Below are positions 52,840 to 64,000 of a stretch of DNA of 64,000 nucleotides, one piece after another. Both the position numbers and the translations under genes were made by a program. The stretch is from Chrysomallon squamiferum (Eukaryota > Animalia > Mollusca). The notes below the pieces were generated by a model. It did no database searches and had not been told where the DNA came from. It was given only the letters and a program-made list of their open reading frames with translations. Positions within the stretch are counted from its first letter, which is position 1; each line of letters opens with the position of its first letter. The stretch is from the NCBI GenBank assembly GCA_012295275.1, contig CM022670.1:18352001-18416000 (forward strand), written 5' to 3'.

Positions 52840-54122
52840 AGATATTCATAAAAGATTATTTAAAATATTTAAAATAATTAATTATATTGTAAAATATAAT
52901 GTAATCTAATATCTCGCATAATATAATATAATATAATATAATATAATATAATATAATATATAATAAAAGTATAAAAAATATATATATATATATATATGTA
53001 TGTATATGTATATGTATATATATAGTGTTTATTTATTGATAACAACTACATAACATGTATAAATATCTGTTGTAAGAACTATAACCACAAATCAGTATGT
53101 GTAGTGTTTACCGACATTATTTTCTCATAAACTTGCATATGCATTAACCTTTCGTCGTTATAACATGGGCGTCTTACTCTTGAAAAAACGATATTATTTC
53201 GCTTGACAGAAATTAAGACGTATTATGTGGCTGGAATACCAACAAAACAACGTTGAACAATAACAAAACCCGATCACGTATCAAAACAGGAAAGTGACTT
53301 GAAACTAATGCTAATGCTGTGTTTGTGTAACGAGACTAAAATTTATGTTTCGATTATGTTTAAAACAGGTTTATGGATTTCCTTGCATTTACATTAAAAT
53401 AATAATAATAAAAATAAAAAATTAAAATTATAAAGAAAGAATATTCCATTATTCAAAATAAATAAATAAATAAATAAATAAATAACATATAATTACTCAG
53501 AGAGAGAATATTATTTTGTCTTAGAAGTAAACGAATGGTAACTATATATGTGTTTTTTATAATCTTAGAATGAAAATTGCGATATTAATTTTACTACGCT
53601 TTTTTAATATAGATAAATATATTGTTTTTGTTATACATACATAGATAGATAGATAGATTCAGATATATATATAGAGATAGATAGAAATAGATAGATAGAA
53701 AGATAGTGATACAGATATCACAGTTCAGTCACTTTAAGCCAATGTTTCTACAGAGGTATCAATTTATAGTTATAATTTTAAACGCTTTTCTTGGAGATAG
53801 GGGTAGCGGGGTCGATGCCTTCTACTGCACTCACTGAAACAACGTTTTACAATTAGTATATTAACCATAATGATACGTGTTTTCCTTTCTGCGAGAAAAT
53901 GCTTTTAAGTGATACCCCGTTGTTAGCCGCAATGAGCTTACTTATCGTTAGAAAATCAAATGACTGATATCTTATATCCTGTTTGAACTGTTTGTCGGTA
54001 AACCCACTTTTACTAATTCATTCTGACCATTCACTGGAACAGCAGCTATAAGTGTCTAACAAAACAGTACACTTATCTTCCTTTTACTAACATTTCATGT
54101 ATTTATTCTTTACTCATATTAT

Positions 54123-54165
<43 letters not shown>

Positions 54166-54184
54166 CATTTATGTATTTATTTAA

Positions 54185-54244
<60 letters not shown>

Positions 54245-54518
54245 TTATTATTATTTTTGTTGTTGCTGTTTTTTTTGGGGGTTTGTTTATTGTTTACTAT
54301 TTTCCATAAATAATTCGCATTTTATGCATTAAATAAATGCTGTTTCACAGAATAAATATATATATCTTATCATTAACAGACAACAGCCCCTTACAGCTAT
54401 TTGAATGACGCACCCAGCCACTCGTATCTCGAGTAGAGGATACCTGATAACCATACCATAACCTGTCTTGATCAAAGAGCATAATAGTGACGTGTAAGGC
54501 AACACATTCTTATGTCAC

Positions 54519-54552
<34 letters not shown>

Positions 54553-56215
54553 TCATTGATAATGAAGAATAACAAAAAAATCAGTGTCGTTTAAAAAATA
54601 GGACGGGTCGATATACTCCAAAGAATCTTCTAAAATAATAATAATAATAAATAAATAATTAATTAATTAATTAATTAATTTAAAATAACCACACTCATCA
54701 TGTGAAGGAGTAAAATGTGGCTTTTAAATGTTTACGATTAATTACAGTTCACCTGAAACAAACTCGTATAGAAAATTATTTTATACCATTTATTTTTACT
54801 ACAGTTTAAACTGTACTTTTGGGTTTGACGTACAAATTCCCATTGTGCAGTCGGATATTAAAACACTACAAAATAAAATAAATAAACAAATAAAAACTAC
54901 AGCAACAGCAGCAGAAAGCCAATCTGATGGGTATACAATAATTATGGCTAGTGAAAGGTGTTGTATAAGATTATCGATATTTATTTTTCCTCTCTTTTTG
55001 AAAATGTTTGTTTCTTCACACAAATTTCCGCAAACACACACAGATACCCGTACACTCACAAAATACACACATACACACACACAGAGATATACAAACATTC
55101 ACAAACACTCACACATACACATACAGTATACACACATACATACATACACATGTACACAATCAAAAGAGAGAGAGGGAAAAGGTGTTGTGTGCATAGTCAG
55201 AAAGTTAATACCAAATAACAAGAAGAAAAAAAAGAAAAAAAAAGGAAGGTCTATAAAATATTTTTCTTCGTGTAAAAGAATGTCTTTGGTTGATAACAAC
55301 AAAACTGCCGGCAAGGTACCCGTCAATCACAATCGAGAGAACTGGCAAACACCCAGCCCTCGAAACTCCAAGCTAAAACGTCACGCTTAGTTGAAAGATC
55401 GACGATTCCTTGTGTGGACTTGGTCATAAAACTTCACAAACCATGTACCATAAACTGAGAATAAAGTATTTTAAATTCGAGTTAACGGGTGCGTTAAATT
55501 CCATTCCAAGCAAATAGCTTCACCGACTATCATCAAACACGTCACTTTGTCGAAGGGATATATCTACGTATGTGTACATTATGGATTATTGTAATTCATA
55601 TGGAAAAGTAAGCGTTAACTAATAGCGTTTTCGATAACTGGTAACTGGACGTGTCTTACAAAAAAGGTGAGTCGAGATCAAAAAGGAGCGACATACACCG
55701 CCAACAAGACTACATATATATCAGTATTATTTAAACGTTAAACAGGATACGTGACTTAGAGACTAAATACTTTATGATCTGAAGAATCGTTTATTTTATG
55801 AGAAAACCATACGAAGACGGAGTATATTAACACAATTCTTTATTTCTCAGAAAATCGGAATACATGCGTCTTCGTTCATCAAGTTTTAGTTTGCAGTTTA
55901 AAGGCAGCTTCAAAAGGAATGTTTATTTAAAATTCAAAAACTTGAAATGATTTAACGTGAAAATTTGATATAAAAATCCTCAAGAAATACAAATAAAGAA
56001 TACGAAGGGGTGTTTTTATTAAATATAAAGTCGTATTAATTTGAAATACGTGTGAAAATGATCAGAAACAAAATTCTGAAAATGGATAAAAGATAAAGCT
56101 GAACAAGATTATTAAAAAAAAAGTCGGATACAGTTGATGTTGTGTTAGATGAAAATACAACAAAATTTCAAACAATTTAAAGTTAACAAAAGTTTTCAAC
56201 GTCTTTAAACTTGTA

Positions 56216-56599
56216 ATGGCGGCCACTTCGAAACAAGAAAAGCTCAGGATTAGAGAAATGGCAAAAGGCGATCTCTGTCCAAGTACTTCACGACGACGTC
56301 GACATGAGAAACAACAATACGACAGAAAACGTCCGATAACAGCAAGAAAGTGCGAGGCAGGACCCAAAAGAAACGCTTCTTGCTCTACCGGTCGGAAATC
56401 CGATGTTTCGGACAGCACCGTCTCAACAAACACGACGATGTCTTCCGAGGAATCTCCGCCAGTGCTCGTAGAGAGACCGTGCGACATCGAGAGAAGACTT
56501 ATCATGGAAAAGTGCATGAGATGGATGGACTGTTTGCCGCCGAAATTTTCTGGTCTGGACATTGTGTTTCAACGAATTGAATATGATGACGATATTTGA
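56216..56599 (+). CDS. Uncharacterised single-exon basic/Ser-rich protein, 127 aa
   Basis: GC- and CpG-rich complex ORF in AT-rich surroundings with a good start context (gtaATGG). It has a basic stretch RRRRHEK...RKRP, a Ser/Thr linker and a C-terminal motif LIMEKCMRWMDCLPPKFSG. No family confidently recognised. Confidence 0.65.
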   Translation: MAATSKQEKLRIREMAKGDLCPSTSRRRRHEKQQYDRKRPITARKCEAGPKRNASCSTGRKSDVSDSTVSTNTTMSSEESPPVLVERPCDIERRLIMEKCMRWMDCLPPKFSGLDIVFQRIEYDDDI

Positions 56600-56756
56600 T
56601 AATATATATCTACGCAGTATATGGTATGATATACGATGTGACATAATTGTGTTTAATATCTTATTATTATTAACAGATTCTTTGATTTTTTTCTATTCAT
56701 ATAACGCGTTATGTTTTATCCCCACCATTCAGTATTAAAAGTGATGCATGCATGTT

Positions 56757-56810
56757 TGTATGTATGTATGTATGTATGTATGTATGTATGTATGTATGTA
56801 TGTATGTATG
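56757..56810. repeat. (TATG)n microsatellite
   Basis: Directly visible. Confidence 0.95.
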
Positions 56811-56902
56811 TCTGAAAAATGCTAAGAAAAAGTGACAAGTATTTGAAGATAATCTTAAGTTAGTTTGACATTTGTTACATATAGCGTGAAGGATTGTATA
56901 AA

Positions 56903-56933
<31 letters not shown>

Positions 56934-58220
56934 TAGTAGTAGTAGTAGTAGTATTAGTAGTAGTAGTAGTAGTATTGCTATTGCTGTTACTTTTTTCATC
57001 TTCTACATATTCCTCTTCTTCTTCTTGTTATTATTATTGCTGTTAATATTGCTGTTATTGCTATTTTTGTACTTGTCGTTCTTGTTCTTCTTCTTCTGCC
57101 TATTCTTCTTCTTTTTATTTTTTTATGATGGGATAAATCATAGTAATTTATTTGCCAGAAAACAGAATGTATATATATATTTTTATAAACAGTAACGTTC
57201 AGCATTAATACCGATAAAACAGAAAATATAACTAACAGAAAATTTAGTTTTGGACTTAGGTTATAACGACCTCTTGTATTTAATTACAATACTGTGTGAG
57301 TGCCAAATGTACACCGCTAGGGCGAATAACATTTTATTAAACAATTTAATATCTTCTCACCCCTTATCTCTAAGTTCAAACCATTCCCATTCTCATTTTG
57401 GCTACAATCTCTGCAGTTCTGTATCCATAACGACCTGTGAAATATTCAGTCTAACCTTCGGAGAAACTCGAAAGAGTTTCCCACCTCTCGGCAAGTTCTG
57501 GCAAATGGACAAAACGTCAGAAAGCCTCACACAGCTTGGCAAATGTGCAACGTGAGATAATCGCCTATTAACGTTCTCAAATCTTATAATCGTTCTTATC
57601 TGCCCGATATATTTATCATCACAGTGCGATACACCAGTGAACATTTTGTACGAGTAACGACAATTAACGTCACGCCAGAGGGTTTGTTTGTCTTCGACTT
57701 ACAATGCGGCATTAATCATGCCGCTGTATGAGACAGTGATTGTAGCTTTTTCGTTACGTCTTGATGCGCGATCAATTTAAGTTCGTAAGTGTGAACTTTT
57801 CTACCACGGTTTAAATTTCTTTGTCGCCTTGTTAATGACATTAGATAAAAATAAATAAACAAATAAATAACCAAAGACAACTAGATAAAAAAATAAAAAA
57901 CAAATAAATAACCAAAGACAACAAATACAAAAAATGTATAAAAAAGAACATATATATATATACTACTATTAATAATAATAATTGAAATAATAATAATAAT
58001 AATAATAAATAAACATAACCGATCATTGTAACTAAAAATCTTAAGTAATGGTTTAATTAATTTTGTTTTTATTGTTTATATAGTTGAATAAGATGGAAAT
58101 AGTTTGCTTGTAAGAATTTATATATACTGTTCAAACGATTTCCATGTATCTATGGATGCATGTGTATTTATATTTGTGTATATGTATGGGCGTGGGTCTA
58201 TGTATGTATGTATGTGTGGC

Positions 58221-58261
<41 letters not shown>

Positions 58262-59377
58262 ATGCATACATGTATGTCTGTATGTATGGATGGAAGGCGC
58301 CTGATTCGTTTGCGCAATGCAAAATTTGAAACTACTAAAAAATTTTTTTTTAAATTGTTACAAAATTTATTTTAAATTGTATGAATAAGTACTATAAAAT
58401 GCCAACAGCATCAGTGTTAAATGCGCAACATACATTAAAACGGCAGCAGTCGTGTTATCCCATTCTTAGGGTTCCAAAACATTTTAATTACATTTGGTTT
58501 GCAATGCAAAATGTAGAAAGTAATCTATGAATGTGTGAATGGAAATTACAGATACTTTTGGCTTGAGCAGTAAGTTTAAGATTGATAAAATAAAAATTTT
58601 AAATAACAAAACTGTGACCCTTAAAAGTTAGTAATGCGTCCCTCGCAGCTCTGACTCCTAGATGGCTGCCTAGTTAGTCTAACGAAAGCGCTTACATACG
58701 CCAATATAGAAGTGGACATGTTTTTCTATATATCTTATTCACTTTTTTTTTAATCTTTCTTCTTTTTTGTTTTTATTTTATTTTTTACTCTTCTTATTAT
58801 TTTTTAAATTTATTTTTGGTGCAAACTTATGATAAACAAATAAGTTATATTGTGTTATTCATGTTTCCCTTTTTAATTAATTATAACGATATGTCACTTG
58901 AATAAGGTGTTATTTGTAAATTATATAATATACTAAATACGGTTATTTATACTTGCTGTGTTGTACTACGTATATATAAATGTATATATAGAACTTTATT
59001 ATCCAAGTTTTTGTTATCGCCTAAATTATACAAGTTTTTCAGTGTGTGTGTTTATTTATGTCAAACTATTCATTTAAACAGTTCTTTAATTAATTGTACG
59101 AATAAATTACCTAACTGTATACAGTATTATATACTTCTGTTTGATTGTTGTTGTTTTTTGCGCCCTGTCATTACCAGTAATAATTTACGACAGTAAAAGA
59201 ACAAAATCGTAATGATGCGTGAAGGCTAACGTTCTCGTTTTTATCGTTTCGTGGTGTTATTTTATTGTCATATTTTATCATTAGAAACGACAAGTCGTGA
59301 AAAACCAGTAAACATCTGGATGTTAACAAAATATATTCTTGCTATTTAATAAAACTGTATTTTGAAAGTACAGTGTG

Positions 59378-59440
59378 TATGTATGTATGTATGTATGTAT
59401 GTATGTATGTATGTATGTATGTATGTATGTATGTATGTAT
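59378..59440. repeat. (TATG)n microsatellite
   Basis: Directly visible. Confidence 0.95.
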
Positions 59441-60311
59441 ACAAAATGTATCAAGATCTTTGTAGGTAGACGTTGTTTTTATCATCATCTACTCGCTATT
59501 TTGTAATAATGATAATTTATTTCCTTGATATTTTCTGTTATTATTACTTTAACATTTTCTTGTAATGTTTATTTAACTCGTTGTAACCCGTGTTATTTGT
59601 TTATGTTTTCTTTAATTAAAAATATTTTACAACTGTTTTGATAATGCTTAATAAAAGTAATGAAAACGATTTTTACAGCTTTCTTTTATGCTTTTTTTTG
59701 AGACGTATTTGTTACGCACAGCCGAGCATTTATTTTCCTAAATTATACGGTTATCAACTGAGTGATTGGCTCAGTTTTCATTAGTGATAATATAATGTCT
59801 CTGGAGAGAATTTTTTTTAGTTAATTCATCAAGTGAGTAATAAAAGCAGACATTAACGATGGGTTTGTGCATATATTCGCCAGATACATTGATGCATTTA
59901 CGTAATACAGTCTATGTTTACAAGTCAAACAAATGACAAATGACATGACCCAACATACTATGAAATAAAAAATGTTTAAAAATTCCTGCCACCTCCTTAT
60001 ATACCGATATTTAATCAGCATGAAATTTATTTATTTATTTGTTTATTTGTTTATTTGTTTGTTTGTTTGTTTGTTTGTTCAAATCTTTTTTTTTGTCATC
60101 TTACCAAATTTGTGGTACTGTGAATTAACTACTGTTTAATTACGGTTTAATTTCAGTTAGCACGAAGCAACCTTTTTATTTTTTATTTCTTTATTTTATT
60201 TTTTTTATAGAAAAGAGAAATTAATTGTAAAAATATAATAAAAATAGTAATAATAAATAAATAAATGATTTCGTGCTCCTAAATACGTCTTTATGTAGAT
60301 CTATGTTTAAA

Positions 60312-60345
<34 letters not shown>

Positions 60346-63300
60346 ACAGACTCCTTTATTTGCTTACATATAAATAAACATATTCATACACATATTTACC
60401 TTTAGACCTTTTCTAAGAGTTCATGAGAAAGCCTTTGTAAAGGACATATATTAATCAAGGGATGTTTATTCTGTGTCACATTATTATCCAAATCAATTTC
60501 ATACTCTTCCTGATAGTCATTTCATTTTCAGTACGTCATTGTTAGAAACACACGCTCGCAATTCAGTTGCTAATCCACTGTACTTTGGTTGCTTTATTCA
60601 GTTACTGATAACGTCGTTGTTACACTTGATTATTACATTTCTGACGGCCGTACGAGAATCAACACCGTGGTTTTTTTTTTACTGTGTATACAAAGCATAG
60701 ATACGAGTGTATACAAGAGAACTACTATAAGAAAAAAAAAGTATTAGGCTGCCTTGAATTGTTGAACAAAATGAACACCATAACAAAAAATCTACTTGTC
60801 CTGTGGTAGAACTAGTGACACTCGAGCAAGACGTTGGTTTACATTTGTGGCCAAATTATGCTAAAAAATAAACCGGCCTATTATGTGCGATTTAACACTA
60901 AATTTAAATTTATAAAAAAAAAAAAAAAAAAATAGGAGTTAAAATACTATTTTGGTACCAGTATAAGTTATTATTATTATTATTATTATCTTTCCCAAAT
61001 GTAAGATTAATACCCTCGAAAGATTTTTCATATACTTGTCTTATGGAAAACCGTCATTAAGAACAATACACATGAAATTTGTTTTCTCCACGTAATGGGC
61101 AATTCTCCTTTTAGACTAGTAGCAATAGATTTTTTAGACACATAATTGGAATGAATAAACAAGTCGTGGAATACTCATTGAAAAGGAAATGGCCCAGTGG
61201 GTATACTGAGAATAACTAATTGTGCAGAGAAATATTAGAAATGAAATGAAATAAAACACAGAAGCTAATAAGCTCCCGTTAACAACAAGTTGAGGAAATA
61301 CGTTTATTTCAAAGTTTTAAGCAGTCTTTGATATATCGAAGTGAGAGAGATTTTAAAAACAGAACAATTATATTATTTGAAGACATTTATTACAAATTGT
61401 AAAAAGCATGCATAAAACACTTGTATGGTTTGTGTAGCCATCCATTGACTTCTCAATGACTTGTTAACATGAATTTGTACACATCAGCAAGCATGATATG
61501 ACAGGTGAACAAAGTCACTATGAAAATGCCCAGAGAGATGTGAAAAAATATTTTATGACATACTAAATATACTAGTCATAACAAGTTAAGGGTCAGTATA
61601 AAATATCCCCATGTATGCCTTGGTAACAACTAATAAAGAAAATTTACAGATAGACTGAAAATGAATAAAGCTTTTAACCGTAATGCATTCAACATATTCA
61701 AACTGCTTTTGTTGATCCAATTGGATAAAAACTGGTAATTTTTTGTTACGACATTAAATGAGATTATTACATCATCTCAAAGATCTGGCTTGGATTGATG
61801 ATAGTTTATCCATCAAAGACAGCTGCAATGAACCATTGTGTTTCAAGAAAGTTTCTGTGTCTTTGGCAGAACAAAGAAGCAACCCTACCACTGATGATTA
61901 TTATTATGATGATGAAGATGATGAGAATGATACGTGATCCTTAACTTGGTTTGACTAGTATATTAATCTGTTATGTAATAACCATGCATGTTTTTACAAA
62001 GGAAACAATTTAATTACACTTTTTAAATTATCTACATTTTTTGATTAATTCTAATACAGCTTTGAACTAGACTTAATAAAATAAAAAGTAAATGTAAAAT
62101 CTTTCATTTTAAATGGTGTCTGTCAGAAAATAACAACCCCACAAAAACAGCTATATTACAAAAGAAACATTTTCTTTTTAAAATATTTTTTTACAAATAT
62201 TGCAGGGCAAGATCATATTAAACGTGGCTTCAGTTTTGCTATAAGGGGCCAGGGCCAAAATTTGATGCTGAATTTCTGCATTCTTTTATGAATGAATTGC
62301 TCTGTTGAGAAGCTGAGGAATTGTTTTTAAACAAGTTAATACTGTGTGAAGATCATTAACATAAATATTTCATTATATATATATATTTTAATTTTACTTT
62401 TAATGATTTATTTATTTATATTATTGGCTTTTTCATTTTCTGAAATGGCATGATTGGATGGAGGCACCTGGCTCCTCTCTAGAAACTGCCACCAAGTTTG
62501 ATTTACATATCTATTTTAGCACCAAAAAGAACTAGAATTATTATAATTTAAAAAAAAAAAAAAAAAAAAAAAATCAATTTCTAACTGTTGGAAGCACCTG
62601 CAAAATAAAATGATTTGCAAAATTATTAAAACCAAAAACAGAGGTTATCTTCACAAACAGAAATTCTTATTCCATCAAGGTATCTAAAGTGATGAATGTT
62701 ATTATAATGATAATATACTGGTTACTGCATACTATTATTATATTGACTCTCTGTGATGCTCTATTTATTTAACCACAAATAATACTCAAACCTTCTAGAT
62801 TTAATGATTTCTCACTGAATGAATGCAAAGAATAAAGTGACTAGTATGTGAAGATACTCATAAAAACTAAAATTTAGCTGAAGAAGACACAGATAGCAAA
62901 CAAATGCACACCTGAGGCTACTGACTAGTTTTATAGACAATTATGACACAATAATGAGTGATATGAATATATTGCTATGTTTTGTATTAAGCAGAATAAT
63001 GTGACTGAAATTTTAAACATGTGATAGCTACCTTTAAAATACCCTGAAATACATATATGTAAATATGGTGGTGGGTACAGGGCAGGTGGTTCTGAGGTAC
63101 GCATTATTGATTTAAAAAATATATTTTCTTGTAAATATAAAATAATGAATTTGTTAGTGCAAATTAAATATTTTAATAAAATGACTGATCATGCATGACA
63201 AAATATAATTTCTTTTATAACCAAAATAAATTCTTCCTTTAAATATACTTCAATATTTAAAATATTTAGTTTAGACTTTACTATTCCATTTCAAATTACT

Positions 63301-64000
63301 TCCTTTACCTTGTCATGATGGAATGATTTTTTTTTTTTTCAAATACATTTTCACTGGTGATAACATTTCAGAAAAAAATAAAAAATAAAAAATAAAAAAT
63401 CACTTTTAAAAGTACCAATTCATAGAATTTATTATTCTTGTTGATTTTCCTCCCCATCTTAAGATATTTTATTTTATTTTTACTCTAAAATATTTAAAGT
63501 TTCCAATGTGTTAGATTTTGGAACTGTTCAGCGAATCATTATGCAAGACAAGATTCAGAAACAAGGCACCATTTTTTTGTTTAACTGGAATGATTAAATG
63601 AAAATTAATTATATTTCTGAATGTGAGAAAAGATTATAAAATGAACATGCATGTTTCAGTTTTTCAAATTTATTATCTACTTTGTGAATTCAAATATGCA
63701 AAAGCTGAAGTACGCATTTGGAAGTGGGTACACAAATTACATTAAGACTTTCAACATAACTATCTAAAACCTCCTTCAAGATTGCAACAATGTGGGAAAA
63801 GCATAAAATTAACAATAAATATGTAACTGCTATCTGTTCTAAAAATACATGTTTTAGCAAATCTACGTGCATCTGCATATGCAACGTACATCACACATAA
63901 TCTGGTAAAAGAAAAGACAAAGGAATAAATAACACAATATAAAAGTATAATTAACATTACAAATACAACATAACCATGCAATAAAAATACAAATGGCAAA

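Noticed and set aside
54728-55390. 220-aa ORF on +
   Set aside because: Built largely from (CA)n-like and poly-A low-complexity sequence, with no recognisable domain.

Overview
AT-rich, microsatellite-rich eukaryotic (invertebrate, probably mollusc-like; taxon inferred, not demonstrated) genomic DNA with short spliceosomal introns. The left ~35 kb holds four conserved genes whose exon chains I traced by hand with consistent splice phases: GEMIN8 (-), WDR17 (+, 26 coding exons), SPATA4 (-) and MITD1 (+). They form two head-to-head pairs with compact shared promoters, and the SPATA4 promoter has a canonical RFX X-box. Next comes a local F-box/LRR cluster: two intact single-exon-CDS paralogues in divergent orientation, plus a decayed third copy invisible to the ORF track. 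The CpG-richer right part has a tandem pair of related orphan single-exon genes with a conserved TATA-proximal promoter block. The second copy lost its C-terminal ~65 residues through an old stop codon (the remnant is readable in its 3' UTR) and carries an in-frame array of 11 Cys-Met-containing 8-aa repeats (PPCM), making it a candidate new Cys/Met metal-binding or cross-linking protein. A further 127-aa orphan ORF, SINE/MITE relics and many microsatellites complete the window. All homology calls are from recognition by eye; no searches were run.
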